NCBI GenBank assembly: GCA_038257155.1
Contig: JBBSJP010000015.1
Span: 31,542-95,541 of the forward strand
Length of the DNA stretch: 64,000 nucleotides
Direction of reading: 5' to 3'
DNA from: Lysobacterales bacterium
Lineage (GTDB): Bacteria > Pseudomonadota > Gammaproteobacteria > Xanthomonadales > Xanthomonadaceae
In this document: positions 1-10,311 of the stretch, in pieces
How the letters are laid out: each line of letters opens with the position of its first letter
Position numbering within the stretch: the first letter of the stretch is position 1
Position numbers and translations under genes: made by a program
Notes under the pieces: generated by a model
What the model was told of the DNA's origin: nothing
The model's input: only the letters and a program-made list of their open reading frames with translations
The model's database searches: none

Positions 1-783
1 GTCTCCGTCGCCGTAGGTGCGGGTGATGTCCGAAGCATAGCCATCGATGCTGGCGCCGGCATCGATCAGGAACGAGCAGGAATGCGCCGGCGCGATCTGA
101 TCCTGGTACTGGTAGTGAAGGACGGCGCCGTGCGAGTTGAGTGCAACGATGCTGCTGTAGGGCAGGTCGACATCGCGCTGTGCCGTTGCCGCCAGATAGG
201 ATCGATGGATGGCCGCTTCCGAAGCACCTTCGCGAAATGCTGCTTCGGCCGCAATATGCCCGCGCACGGCGCACGCCGAGGCCAGGCGCATGCGCTCGAT
301 CTCGTAAGGCGTCTTGTAGCTGCGAAACCAGTGCAGGTGATCAATCACCGCGGTCGCGTTGTTCGGGGCAATTCCCGAGATGCCGGAATCGGCCTCCCCA
401 AGGATGGCGGCGCGCGTGGCTGCAGGCAGGTGCTTGGTTGCCTCGCAGGGTGAGCGGATCACCCGGATGTCGAAGTGCTGTACCCAATCGCCTTGCGGAT
501 CGGCAGGCGGCAGATGCCAGAAATCCTCGGGTTGGTGGTAGATCAGCACAGGGCGCTTGCCGGGCGTATAGGACAGCCAGCAGTCCGGATGATGAGTCAG
601 CGGCAGCCATTGCTTGAAGAGCGGATTCGGCGCAAACGAATAAGGGCGGTCATCGAGAAAGTGAAATTTCTCGACGCCGGCGGCAATCAGCAAGTGATCT
701 GCCTGACCTGCCTCGAGTGCTGCGTCGGCGCGACGCATCATTTCGCCAAGGTGGTTCGCGTAGGAAGACATGCTGGTGCTCAT
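1..783 (-). CDS. pepQ: Xaa-Pro dipeptidase (M24B), 5' portion; gene continues beyond window start
   Basis: Minus-strand ATG at 783-781. The N-terminus MSTSMSSYANHLGEMMRRADAALEAGQADHLLIAAGVEKFHFLDDRPYSFAPNPLFKQWLPLT parallels E. coli PepQ. The open frame runs to position 1 and ends in the YASDITRT M24B motif. It is missing from the ORF track only because it is truncated by the window edge. Confidence 0.85.
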   Translation of the reverse strand, partial: MSTSMSSYANHLGEMMRRADAALEAGQADHLLIAAGVEKFHFLDDRPYSFAPNPLFKQWLPLTHHPDCWLSYTPGKRPVLIYHQPEDFWHLPPADPQGDWVQHFDIRVIRSPCEATKHLPAATRAAILGEADSGISGIAPNNATAVIDHLHWFRSYKTPYEIERMRLASACAVRGHIAAEAAFREGASEAAIHRSYLAATAQRDVDLPYSSIVALNSHGAVLHYQYQDQIAPAHSCSFLIDAGASIDGYASDITRTYGDGD

Positions 784-922
784 TGGTCAGGCCGAACCCG
801 GTGCGCAGATTGGTAGGCGAAGGTGAAGATCAACAGGACTTGGCCGGGTGACCCATCCTGTGGCGGAATCCAGGGACCACTCGCCGATGGCCACCCAGCA
901 GCCGCGGTGCCCGACGCCTTGA

Positions 923-1978
923 TCAGCACGGCCCTGGTTCTCCGATGGCAGGACCCAGGCGGACTGGATCGCGATGCAGTTCGATACGCGTGTCCATTGC
1001 AGCGGTGATCAGCAGTTCGTTCTCTTCAGTCAACATCAGTGCGCACCGAATGCCAAGGCGACGGGTCATGCTCTCGAACAGTGCGGGGCCTCCGATGAAG
1101 ATCGCGGTTGAGGCGATATCGGCCAGCACGGCGTCGTGATGCAGCACTGCGACGGCGGCCGTGCCGCGGGTCGGGTACCCGGTCCGGACATCGAGAATGT
1201 GTGGCCAGCGCGCCCCGTCGGGTGCTTCGCGAAACTTGTTGTAGTTTCCGGACGAGAACAAGGACTCGCCATCCGAAAGTTCGACCGTGCCAAGCATGCC
1301 GCCGTAAGGGTCGCGCACGCCGACGCTCCAGGGTCGATTGCCTGCATTGCCCATGGCATGGATGTCGCCGCCCATGGTCAGCAGTACATTCTGCACCTGC
1401 TGCTTCAGCATGATGTCGCGGACCCGTTCGACCGCGACGCCCTCGGCCATGCCGCCAAAGTCCAGCTTCACCCGCCGATTGCGGCTGAACACGGTGCCGT
1501 CTTCCACGTGCACATCCGCCAGGCTGGGCGCGGCTTCCCGCCATTCGGCGATGGCCTGCGAAGAGGGTGCCGGCTGAGTGACAGGAAAGGTGCTGGTGTG
1601 AAAGCCCCACAGCGAAATCAAGCCGCCGGCCGCCGGGTCAAACAGGTAGTCGGTGTCCGGCACCACGCGCTTGGCACGTGCGATGAGGTCCTGGATCGAG
1701 GCGGGGGCAGGGGCAGCCGACCCGATCGCGATGGCGTCGTTCACGGCAGAAAGCGGTCCTGGTTCCCAAGGGTGCCACTCGCGGTGCAGTTGGGTCAGCA
1801 GTTGGGATGATTCTGCCAGTGCAGCGTCCACCCGTTCGTCTGGCTCGTTCGCGAAGCGCAACTCGGCCACGCCACCAAAAACCAGCAGCGTTTCGCTGCG
1901 ATGAACTGGCTCGGGAGTGCAAGCCGCAGCCAGCAGAACCAGGAAAAGCCCGATTGCCGCGGCCTTGCGACTGCGCAT
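923..1978 (-). CDS. apbE: FAD:protein FMN transferase (ApbE family lipoprotein)
   Basis: 351-aa ORF. Lipoprotein-like N-terminus (LLAAACTP). ApbE-like core with the DPYGGMLGTVEL and SGNY motifs. Confidence 0.8.
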   Translation of the reverse strand: MRSRKAAAIGLFLVLLAAACTPEPVHRSETLLVFGGVAELRFANEPDERVDAALAESSQLLTQLHREWHPWEPGPLSAVNDAIAIGSAAPAPASIQDLIARAKRVVPDTDYLFDPAAGGLISLWGFHTSTFPVTQPAPSSQAIAEWREAAPSLADVHVEDGTVFSRNRRVKLDFGGMAEGVAVERVRDIMLKQQVQNVLLTMGGDIHAMGNAGNRPWSVGVRDPYGGMLGTVELSDGESLFSSGNYNKFREAPDGARWPHILDVRTGYPTRGTAAVAVLHHDAVLADIASTAIFIGGPALFESMTRRLGIRCALMLTEENELLITAAMDTRIELHRDPVRLGPAIGEPGPC

Positions 1979-2358
1979 CAGACGTAGTTGCTGTCTGGCT
2001 GGTCTATCCAGGCGCGTAGCGCAGCGACGTCCTCATTGGCGATGTCGATGAAACGGAACCCGGACCATACCTGTCCTGGCATGTTCGCCTCATCCGACCA
2101 CAGGTGGTGGGCGCCGACCAGCAGATCACGTCCTGTGCCTCTGCCAGGCAGATGGAAGCGAAGCTGGAAGAGCGCGTCATCGAACAGCGCCTCGCCGCCG
2201 ATCATCAGCATTCCCGATTCGGAGATATTGCCGATCCGACCCATCACCTTGTCGGTCATGGTGTCGATAACCTCGATGACATCATTGGCCTGCTTGCGCT
2301 TGGCGCGACGATATTCCGTCATGGCGACGTCCTCAGGTGCTCGACGTGGAGGATTCAC
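1978..2358 (-). CDS. PilZ domain protein (c-di-GMP binding)
   Basis: 126 aa. RxxxR motif (YRRAKRK) followed by a D/NxSxxG motif (NISESG). Confidence 0.65.
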   Translation of the reverse strand: MNPPRRAPEDVAMTEYRRAKRKQANDVIEVIDTMTDKVMGRIGNISESGMLMIGGEALFDDALFQLRFHLPGRGTGRDLLVGAHHLWSDEANMPGQVWSGFRFIDIANEDVAALRAWIDQPDSNYV

Positions 2359-4903
2359 CGCGACCGGAGAAGGTCTTCAGTGCCCCGAGGATCGCGCTCC
2401 AGGCGCGGTCGATCATGCTGTCGCTGCTCGTCTCGATGACCCGCACATTGCCGCGCTTCAGCTCGCGTGCCAGCCAAACAAGGGGATACTCGCCGATCCG
2501 CTGGCCACGGTGGTTGACGAACAGGGTGTGGCCGGTGGTGGGGCTGAACCAGGACATGCGGCGGCGGGACTTGTCGCCTTGCTGGTTGATGGTGAATTCG
2601 AACCAGGTGCCATAGGGCAGATGCTTGATGCGCTCGAGCGCCGATTGTTCTTCGGCATCAAGCGGTATCAGCTTGTCACCCTTCGAATCCTGCGACTCAA
2701 CATTCTGGCCAAGGCGGGTGCGGCTCTTCAGGCGCATGGCCAGTTCGGTGCGCGAGGCCGGATCGGACTCGTCCTCATCCAGTGACGATGCCAGAAGTCG
2801 CATGGCGACCGATTGGGCATCCTCGCTGTGGTAGCCCACCTGGGTGAGTGACTGTTCAATCTCTGCCCGCAGCGACTGGACTTCCGCTGGACCAATCAGC
2901 GACTTGCCGGTGGTACGCAGGCTGACGGCGGACTCGATCAGTCGCTCCACGATTTGCAGCTGGTGGCGAAAGGCATCGGAATCCTCGCCCTGGCGCAGCA
3001 TGGTCAGGGAAAGCACGTCAGACCAGGCCTGCGCGAGCAGCGAATGCAGGAACTTCGGGATGCGCTTGCCGCGCAGTTTCTCGTCAATCGCTTCAGCGGC
3101 GCGAATCCGCGCTATCTCCAGTTTTTCCTTGCCGCGCGCGGCGTCGACGTGTCGCCTTTCAGCGACTTCGGCCTTGCGGGCCTGCAACTGCATGTGCTGG
3201 CTCAGATCGCCGAGCATCGACTCGAACAGGGCGTTGTCGCCGCTGAACTCGCTGGCCACCCGGTCAACCAGCATGCGCATCTTGTCGATCAGGTCGCGAT
3301 CGGCCTGCTCGTCGCTGACCCAGTAAGCGCCGGTCTCGGCGATGGCATTCAGCATCTGGCGTGCCGGATGCTGGCGCTGGGTGAAGAATCCCTTGTCATC
3401 CAATGCCACGCGCAGCAGGGGAACCTGCAGCTTGGTGAGCAAGGCCGCTGCCGGGCTGTTGGGGCGCACATCGCGCAGGATGTGATCGAACAGCATGCCG
3501 ACCAGGTCAATGGAATCGGCGTCCTTCTCCGCCAGCGCGGGGGCCTTGCCATCCGGTGCAAGCTGGCGCAGCTGGGCCAACAGGTCATGCTTGAGATGAG
3601 CAACGCTGCGCGTAACCGGTTTGCCTTCCAGCATGACCGGGGCAGGTGAGCGCTGCTGCAGCATCCCCAGAACGCTCTGCAAGTCCTCGGTGCGCGGAGT
3701 GAAGCTGTTGGCTTTCGGGGCCGCGGGCGCGCTGCCCCCTAGCTTGCCGAGCAGAGAGCGCCGTCCGGCGAGCAGCTGCCGGAGCACATCGAACATTTCC
3801 TGATCCTGTGGATCTCCCGCCGGCGCGACTTCCGGACGTTGACCGGGCCAGCCAGTCAAGGGTGCCGCGGGCCCGCCGCTGGGTCGCGGCGCGTGCTGGT
3901 CGCCCCCAGCATTGGCCGGAGGCTGTCTAGCGGCAGCAGCAGCTGTTTCGCTACGCGGTGCGGGCGGCTGCTTTGACGCCGGAACCGCCGGATCGACAGT
4001 AGCCGGCGCCCGGCGCTCGGCGCGCGCGGCGGCCTTGTTGGGTTCGGCCGCAAAGTTCGTGGGCTGGGCGCTCGGCTTGCTGCGCACTGGCACGAAGGTC
4101 AGGTGCGGTAGCACCTTCTCCTTGATGAGATAGTTGTTGACCATCTCGAAAAACGGCGAAAGGAACTGCAGCACCAGCCGGTCGAACTGCCGAAACAGCA
4201 GCTGTCGATGTTCACTGTTGAGGTCGAAGCAATGCGTCGCTTCCCGCAGTACGCGGCATAGCGCAGTGGGTCCGATCGGCAGGTGCTCGGCATCGAATGC
4301 GGGCCTGCCGGCGATGACGCCGAAGCGCTGCCCAAGCAGGAAAAGGGTCAGGCTGTTGCGCATTTCAGTGCGAGCGGCCACTTCATTCAGGACGATGTCC
4401 TCGTCCATGGCGACGTTCTCGACCAGCGAAAGCTCGGAATAGTTCAGACTGGAAAAGGCCTGCGCCTTGGGTGTCACCGGGTCGTGCAGGCGGGCCAGGG
4501 CTGCTTCCAGCTCCATGACGAAGCGCGGCACGAAGTCGGCACGCTTCATCCGTACTTCGCTCAGCGCCTCAAGGCACTGCTTCTGCACCTCATTGCTGCG
4601 GGCCTGTTCGGCGAGCTTGAAAAGGTGCTGCTCGGTCTCGTTGAGCATGGATCCGAGCCCGCGCTCCATCTCGTCCGACGCGTACTGGAGGACGCCTTCG
4701 AGAATGCTGCGCACGCGTCTTGGAAATCCGCGCTGGGCCAGCGTCGGCGGATGGGCATCCGCCTTCGGCCGGGGCGCTGCAGCCTTGCCGGTCATTTCAA
4801 TCAGCTCCCCCTGGGGTGCGGACCCCGATTCTATGCGAGCCGGCCCGCCCTTGCTAGGAGAAACCGGCGCAGCACCAAGGGTGCCTGCGCCGGACAGTTC
4901 CAT
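2333..4903 (-). CDS. Large cytoplasmic protein, DUF1631-like (tentative family call); start ambiguous (4903 or internal M at ~4795)
   Basis: 856-aa uninterrupted ORF co-oriented with the PilZ gene, which it overlaps by 26 nt. Pro/Ala-rich low-complexity centre flanked by helical regions. No recognisable catalytic motif. Confidence 0.55.
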   Translation of the reverse strand: MELSGAGTLGAAPVSPSKGGPARIESGSAPQGELIEMTGKAAAPRPKADAHPPTLAQRGFPRRVRSILEGVLQYASDEMERGLGSMLNETEQHLFKLAEQARSNEVQKQCLEALSEVRMKRADFVPRFVMELEAALARLHDPVTPKAQAFSSLNYSELSLVENVAMDEDIVLNEVAARTEMRNSLTLFLLGQRFGVIAGRPAFDAEHLPIGPTALCRVLREATHCFDLNSEHRQLLFRQFDRLVLQFLSPFFEMVNNYLIKEKVLPHLTFVPVRSKPSAQPTNFAAEPNKAAARAERRAPATVDPAVPASKQPPAPRSETAAAAARQPPANAGGDQHAPRPSGGPAAPLTGWPGQRPEVAPAGDPQDQEMFDVLRQLLAGRRSLLGKLGGSAPAAPKANSFTPRTEDLQSVLGMLQQRSPAPVMLEGKPVTRSVAHLKHDLLAQLRQLAPDGKAPALAEKDADSIDLVGMLFDHILRDVRPNSPAAALLTKLQVPLLRVALDDKGFFTQRQHPARQMLNAIAETGAYWVSDEQADRDLIDKMRMLVDRVASEFSGDNALFESMLGDLSQHMQLQARKAEVAERRHVDAARGKEKLEIARIRAAEAIDEKLRGKRIPKFLHSLLAQAWSDVLSLTMLRQGEDSDAFRHQLQIVERLIESAVSLRTTGKSLIGPAEVQSLRAEIEQSLTQVGYHSEDAQSVAMRLLASSLDEDESDPASRTELAMRLKSRTRLGQNVESQDSKGDKLIPLDAEEQSALERIKHLPYGTWFEFTINQQGDKSRRRMSWFSPTTGHTLFVNHRGQRIGEYPLVWLARELKRGNVRVIETSSDSMIDRAWSAILGALKTFSGRGESSTSST

Positions 4904-4986
4904 CTCGGCGGGGTTCCGCAGCGCACCGATGTGCAGCTCGGCAGCCTGCCTCGCAGCCTCGGCAGGTGCGCGATCTGCGCGGTGAC

Positions 4987-6783
4987 TCAGCGTTGCCAGC
5001 GAAGATTGAGCAGAAGACTGGCGCCAGGTGTGGCAAACCCCTCGACCAGAACGAAGTCGCGATCCAGCAGGTTGTCGAGGCGGGCATCAAGGGTCAAACC
5101 GGGGCGCAGGTTGAGGCCCGCATTCACCGCGAACGTGGCGTAGCCAGGCAGTGTTCCGGCAAAGTCGGCTATGCCCGAGGCCGCATGCACCTCCAGGCCC
5201 ATTTTCCAGCGCCCAAGGCTGCGCTCGGCACGAAGATTGGCCTTGCGCTGGGCGCGTCGCAGCAGGCGCTGGTCCGTGCTGCGGTCGCGAGGATCCTGCC
5301 AGGTTGCATTCCCGACCAGGTGCCAGCCGCCGATTTCGGTGGTGGCGCCCAGTTCGATGCCGTCTATCTGCACGCGGGCGATGTTGATCGCCTGAAAGTC
5401 GGTGCCGGCAAAGCTGATGAGATCACGAATGCCGGTGCGGAACGCACGCAATTCGACCCGCAGGGCAGAGTCGGAAAACAGACCCAAAGCAAACTCGAAG
5501 TTCTCGGAGCGCTCTGCACCCAGATCCGGGTTTCCCGCAAACAAGCCCCCAAAGCCGGGAGAGTACAGCTCGTTGAAGTTGGGTGCGCGGAAACCCTCAC
5601 CAAAGCCGGCGCGTAGCTCCAGGCTGCGCGAAAGCCGCCAGCCCCAAGCGGCCTGTGCCGTGGTAGCGCTGCCGAAAACGCTGTTGTCATCATGTCGCGC
5701 GGCCAGTTCCAGACTGTGGGAATCGAAACTGCCGCGCCAGCTCGCAAACGCAGCACGATTGCTGCGCTCGCCACGATAGCGTGGGGATCCGTCGAGGGTA
5801 TTCAGCAAGCCGCCCTTCTCCTCGACCCAGGCAAGCCCCAGCAGCAGGGCATGCTGTTCGGAAAGATCCAGGTCGAACTGCCAGTCGAGTTGCTGCCTGC
5901 GACTGTCGAAGCGGTTGAAGAAGGCCTCCGTTTCCAGTTGTTCGCGCGCGGCGCCGAAGCTGAGACGGTGAGTCAACGATTCGCCCAGGGGGCCTGCCAG
6001 CGAAACCTCACCATTGCTGTTCTGCGCGGTCGACACGCCTTGATCGAACTCCGCCCGATCATCGGTATGCAGTGCGCGCAGGGCCAGCAGCTGTTCGGCC
6101 AGCGGCAGGCTCGCGCTGAGCTGCAGGTTGCGCGCCAGGAATCCGTCACGATCCGGATCGAAACTGAAATTGCTGGGCGTGGTGGAATTGAAGCCGCGCG
6201 ACTCGGTGTAGCCGGCGCGCAAACCGATGCTGCCGCGCGTGCTGGTTGTTCCGATCCCTGCATCCAGGCCATGGGTATCGTGGCTGCCGACCCGCAGGCC
6301 GGCTTCGGCTCCCGTTGCCGGGCGGGTGAAGATCTGGATCACGCCACCGATGGCATCCGATCCGTACAGCGCTGCGCGAGGCCCGCGTACGATCTCGATG
6401 CGCTCGATCTGGCTGAGCGGCAGGTGTTCCCAGGCGTATCCGCCGACATTGACCGAGGCCACTCTTACGCCGTCGATCAGGACCAGCAGATGATTGGAAT
6501 TGCTGCCGCGCAGAAACACACTGGTCTGCTGGCCAAATCCGCCACCGCGCACCACGTCGACGCCGGTCTCGCGACGCAGCAGTTCCAGCAGATCGAGTGC
6601 ACCTGCTGACTCGATATCGGCACGCGTGATCACACCGACCGCTGCCAGCGAATCGGCCACCGGCATCGAGGTCCTCTGCGCGGTCACGACGACTTCAGGC
6701 TGTCTTGCCGGCTCTTCGGCCAATGCAGCACCAGACAGTCCGGCAAGCGCCAGACCGACACACTTCAAGCAACGATTCATCCA
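4987..6783 (-). CDS. btuB: TonB-dependent outer-membrane receptor, BtuB-like (cobalamin)
   Basis: Signal peptide MNRCLKCVGLALAGLSGAALA at the internal start. Plug-domain motifs (VVVTAQR, FLRGSNSNHLLVLIDGVR, IERIEIVRGPRAALYGSDAIGGVIQIF). C-terminal barrel. A cobalamin riboswitch lies immediately upstream. Confidence 0.8.
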   Translation of the reverse strand, partial: WMNRCLKCVGLALAGLSGAALAEEPARQPEVVVTAQRTSMPVADSLAAVGVITRADIESAGALDLLELLRRETGVDVVRGGGFGQQTSVFLRGSNSNHLLVLIDGVRVASVNVGGYAWEHLPLSQIERIEIVRGPRAALYGSDAIGGVIQIFTRPATGAEAGLRVGSHDTHGLDAGIGTTSTRGSIGLRAGYTESRGFNSTTPSNFSFDPDRDGFLARNLQLSASLPLAEQLLALRALHTDDRAEFDQGVSTAQNSNGEVSLAGPLGESLTHRLSFGAAREQLETEAFFNRFDSRRQQLDWQFDLDLSEQHALLLGLAWVEEKGGLLNTLDGSPRYRGERSNRAAFASWRGSFDSHSLELAARHDDNSVFGSATTAQAAWGWRLSRSLELRAGFGEGFRAPNFNELYSPGFGGLFAGNPDLGAERSENFEFALGLFSDSALRVELRAFRTGIRDLISFAGTDFQAINIARVQIDGIELGATTEIGGWHLVGNATWQDPRDRSTDQRLLRRAQRKANLRAERSLGRWKMGLEVHAASGIADFAGTLPGYATFAVNAGLNLRPGLTLDARLDNLLDRDFVLVEGFATPGASLLLNLRWQR

Positions 6784-6939
6784 CACACTCCTTGCACAAC
6801 GCACACCCGCGAATTGCGCGTTGCGGAGCAGGATCAAGGAACGAAGGCAGTCGCCCGCGCACGGGCGACGACTCCGTGCCGTCGCCCACCGCAACGCGCG
6901 CCGTGCGCGGCGCACCGACCTGTGGTCGACACGCGGCGC

Positions 6940-7115
6940 GCCCTGGACCGGTCTCCGGACTTGCAGGGCAGGCAGGCACTGGGCCTGGCTGGTGTCCGCC
7001 GTCTTCCCGGGAGCATTCCCAGTGACGTTTGGCGGACTACGCCTGCTTACCGTTGCGGGGGCAGTGCCGGACTCTCACCGGCTTCCCGAGCACCCGGGGC
7101 GGCGTGGAGTCTAGG
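6940..7115 (-). promoter_or_regulatory. Cobalamin (B12) riboswitch in 5' leader of the TonB receptor gene
   Basis: Minus-strand sequence reads ...GGGAAGCCGGTGAGAGTCCGGCACUGCCCCCGCAACGGUAAG...GUCACUGGGAA...AGCCAGGCCCAGUGCCUGCC. This matches the conserved cobalamin-riboswitch core (GGUGAGAGUCC, CUGCCCCCGCAACGGUAAG) and a B12-box-like element. Confidence 0.75.
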
Positions 7116-7137
7116 CGAAATCCATTGCACCTGTCAC

Positions 7138-7686
7138 TCAGAAATTCGGCTTGTCTTCCGCCGAATCGAAGCGCTGCACCGCCTCCATCACCAGGCGCCG
7201 GGCTTCCTCGGCATTGCCCCAGCCGTCGAGTTTCACCCACTTGCCGTCTTCGAGATCCTTGTAGTGCTCGAAGAAGTGGCCAATGCGCTGCAGCCAGTGC
7301 GGCGAAACCTGTTCGATATCGGCGATGTGCGAATAGCCTGCGAAAACCGAATCGATCGGTACCGCGAGCAGCTTCTCGTCGCTGCCCGCTTCGTCGCTCA
7401 TTCGCAGCACGCCCACGGGGCGGCAGCGGATCACGGCACCGGGAATCAGCGGCAGGGGCAACACCACCATGACATCGGCCGGATCGCCATCGCCGCACAG
7501 CGTATGCGGGATGTAGCCATAGTTGCAGGGGTAACGCATCGGGGTCGACAGGATGCGGTCGACGAAGATCGCGCCGGTGGCCTTGTCGACCTCGTACTTG
7601 ACCGGTTCGGCGTCCTTTGGAATTTCGATGACGACATTGATTTCGAACGGCAGGCGAGCACCGCTGGCTACGAGATCGAGGCCCAT
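7138..7686 (-). CDS. ppa: Inorganic pyrophosphatase
   Basis: 182 aa with near-complete family-I PPase signature (EIPKDAEPVKYEVDK, DGDPADVMVV, LDGWGNAEEA). Confidence 0.9.
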   Translation of the reverse strand: MGLDLVASGARLPFEINVVIEIPKDAEPVKYEVDKATGAIFVDRILSTPMRYPCNYGYIPHTLCGDGDPADVMVVLPLPLIPGAVIRCRPVGVLRMSDEAGSDEKLLAVPIDSVFAGYSHIADIEQVSPHWLQRIGHFFEHYKDLEDGKWVKLDGWGNAEEARRLVMEAVQRFDSAEDKPNF

Positions 7687-7753
7687 TCAGAGGCTCCAGG
7701 AGTCAGGGAGGCCGCTCAGAATACGCTGCATTGCCGCGCTGCAGCAAAGCACC

Positions 7754-8050
7754 TCAGTCGCCCAGGCCGTGCTGTTTGAGCTTTTTCCGCAACGTGGCCC
7801 GATTGATGCCGAGCGCCTGTGCAGCACGGCTCTGGTTGCCCTCGCAGTGGGCCAGCACCTCGGCGAACAAGGGCGCCTCGACTTCGCGCAACACGATGGC
7901 GTAGAGATCTTCCGGATCCTGCCCGTCCAACTTGGAAAGGTAGCGGCGCACCGCCATGCTGACGCATTCGCGCAATGGCGCCTGCGAGACCTGGACATTG
8001 GCAGCACTGTGTACGCCATCGGTACGCGGTGCCGCGGATTGGTTGAGCAC
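7754..8050 (-). CDS. fis: DNA-binding protein Fis
   Basis: 98 aa. C-terminal [28 protein letters not shown] typical of Fis. Located downstream of prmA as in the conserved prmA-(dusB)-fis neighbourhood. Confidence 0.85.
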   Translation of the reverse strand: MLNQSAAPRTDGVHSAANVQVSQAPLRECVSMAVRRYLSKLDGQDPEDLYAIVLREVEAPLFAEVLAHCEGNQSRAAQALGINRATLRKKLKQHGLGD

Positions 8051-8197
8051 GGGCTACTCCGGGGAGCTTTCAGCCACGCTGTCGGGCACATGCCTGAAAG
8101 CGCTGCTGGGAATTCGCGGGTCGGTCAGTGTACCGCCGAGATTGCGTGCTGTCCTGAATTGGACGAGAAATATTCCGCGACGAGCAGCACAAACGTT

Positions 8198-8911
8198 TCA
8201 GCGAAACTCGAAGGCAAAAGCGATCGCCTCCTTGCCCGGGTCCTGCAATTCCAGTGTTGCCGCCACCGACTGCCCAGGATCCAGCATGCTTTGCTGTGGT
8301 GGCACGCCCATGTATTCGGCTGGGCGAAAGCGCCGCAACGCCAGTGGCCGACCTTCGATGTCGGACAAGGCCAGTTCCAGCAAGGGCCAGGGCTGCGGCG
8401 ATGCTGCATCATTGCGAAAGCTTGCGCTGACCAGGAGGGCGTCGGGCACCGACGGATGCGGTCTGACATCGCGTGCCAGCAGCCGCAGACTGGTGACTTC
8501 AGTGGTCTGGTCGATCGGCAGTCCCAATCGTCCGGCGACTGCCTCGACTGCAGGACGCCAGGCCGGCAGACGAACCAGACGATCGCGCTCAGCCAGGCCC
8601 ATCTGGATCAGCAGCAGGAACAGCAGCGCCGCATTGGCGGCCCACATCGGCCAGCGTCGCGGCTTGCGTTGACGCGCCTGAGTGAAGCTCGGCTGCTCGA
8701 CCGCGAACAGGTCGCCCTGTTCGACTGGCGCGCCGCTGTCGGGCAGATGCGCCGGCCGAACGGACTGGCCACTTTGCGATCGCTCGCTCAGGTGTTCCAA
8801 CGCATCGAAGTCGCGGGCGCACACGACGCAGTGCAATCGCCCACGCGCTTGCGCCAGCTGAGATGGCGTGGGCTGGTAGACGGTGCGGCAATGGGTGCAC
8901 ATCGTGAACAT
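8198..8911 (-). CDS. Zinc-ribbon (MJ0042-type) / DUF3426-like membrane protein
   Basis: N-terminal CxxC...CxxC (MCTHCRTVYQP...LHCVVCARDF), one TM segment, C-terminal periplasmic domain. Occupies the position between prmA and fis. Confidence 0.6.
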   Translation of the reverse strand: MFTMCTHCRTVYQPTPSQLAQARGRLHCVVCARDFDALEHLSERSQSGQSVRPAHLPDSGAPVEQGDLFAVEQPSFTQARQRKPRRWPMWAANAALLFLLLIQMGLAERDRLVRLPAWRPAVEAVAGRLGLPIDQTTEVTSLRLLARDVRPHPSVPDALLVSASFRNDAASPQPWPLLELALSDIEGRPLALRRFRPAEYMGVPPQQSMLDPGQSVAATLELQDPGKEAIAFAFEFR

Positions 8912-9057
8912 GGCGGACAGTGTAACCGCGGCCTGGGGCAGGGCGCGGCATCACGCCGCAGTGCATCCGACAACAGCAGCGCGTTCGCGATGTGCGTTCC
9001 CTTGAACGTGACGCGGTGTGGTCGGCAATCCTTCCAGGTACCGGGCCCGCGGAATCC

Positions 9058-9966
9058 TCAGCTGCGGCGCACGCCGTCGATGCGGATCCAGTCTTCGCGA
9101 CGCGCGACCGAAAGCGCGTCGAACCAGGGTGCGTAGCGTGTCAGCAGCGCATCTTCCTGCCCCGCCAGAATGCCGGACAGCGCAATGCGTCCGCCAGGCG
9201 CAACCCGGCTCGCGAGGGTTTCTGCCAGAGCGTCCAATGCCGTAGCCAGGATGTTGGCGACCACCACCGGATACATTGCGGGCGGCTCCTGCTCGGGAAG
9301 ATGCACGCTCAAGCGGGTGCCGACACCGTTGCGCTCGGCGTTGTCGGCCGTGGCGATCAGTGCTTGCGGATCATTGTCAACGCCGACCGCGCGTTCGGCC
9401 CCCAACAGCAGCGCTGCCAGCGCCAGGATCCCTGATCCGCAGCCGAAGTCGAGCACCGCTTTGCCTTCCAGTTCGAGGCCATCCAGCCAGTCCAGGCACA
9501 AGGCCGTGGTTGGATGCGTGCCGGAACCAAAGGCCAGGCCAGGATCGAGTCGAACCACCACCGCGTCCGCAGTCCGCGCGGCATCGGGCAGTTCGCGGTT
9601 CCAGGGCAGGATCCAGGTGCGCCGCCCGAACTGCAGGGGTTCGTACTGATCCATCCAGGCGCGTTCCCAGTCCTGATCCTCGACCACCTCGAACTGCACG
9701 CCGGACAGATCCAGTCCCGGATCGAAAGACTCCAGCGCATGTAGCAGCGTCTGCTCGTCCGTACCGGCGGGAAACAACGCGTTCAGCACCATGTCCTGCC
9801 ACAGCGGCTGCTCTCCGACGCCCGGCTCGAAAATCGCCTGCTCGTCGGGCGCCTCGGCGTGCGCATCGGTCAGTGTGACCGCCAGCGCGCCGACGTCTTC
9901 CAGCGCCTGTTCAAGACGCGGTTGCTGTGATTCTGTGCAGGTCAAGGATAGTTGCAGAAAGGGCAT
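9058..9966 (-). CDS. prmA: Ribosomal protein L11 methyltransferase
   Basis: SAM-binding motif [20 protein letters not shown] plus GVDNDPQAL. Start chosen at internal ATG 9966 (MPFLQL...), giving a typical ~303 aa length; the ORF track extends further upstream. Confidence 0.85.
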   Translation of the reverse strand: MPFLQLSLTCTESQQPRLEQALEDVGALAVTLTDAHAEAPDEQAIFEPGVGEQPLWQDMVLNALFPAGTDEQTLLHALESFDPGLDLSGVQFEVVEDQDWERAWMDQYEPLQFGRRTWILPWNRELPDAARTADAVVVRLDPGLAFGSGTHPTTALCLDWLDGLELEGKAVLDFGCGSGILALAALLLGAERAVGVDNDPQALIATADNAERNGVGTRLSVHLPEQEPPAMYPVVVANILATALDALAETLASRVAPGGRIALSGILAGQEDALLTRYAPWFDALSVARREDWIRIDGVRRS

Positions 9967-10311
9967 TGCTGGATTTGACTGATTCGTGGGTCGGCGCGCG
10001 ATCTCAGGGAGGCTCGTGCAGCGCAATTGTGCGGTGATTACGCATAGCTGCAAGCCTGCTCGGGCAGGTGCTGGCAAGGTGTCGGTTCGATCTTGCTGCC
10101 GAGGATAACGGACTGTCATGCGTAAGGTGCATTCGGATCGGTTCAAAGGGCGATCGGTGCCTTGCAACCAGGCGGTGCCAGGTTGTCGATACGGTCAGCA
10201 GTTCTTGATCCGATCTGGCGGGGGTTCCGGGGTCCGGTGCGGGGTCCCGGGCGAGCTCAGGCCAGCCGGTGACCGACCCCGCCCCGAACCGAACCGTTAC
10301 AGCCAGCGCGC

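Noticed and set aside
82-816. Several plus-strand ORFs (82-453, 141-617, 475-816) at the window start
   Set aside because: They are antisense to the pepQ reading frame, which shows strong homology-like signatures through the whole 1-783 span.
7553-9136. 527-aa plus-strand ORF spanning ppa/fis/DUF3426/prmA region
   Set aside because: Opposite strand to four well-supported genes. No motifs. GC-skewed artefact.
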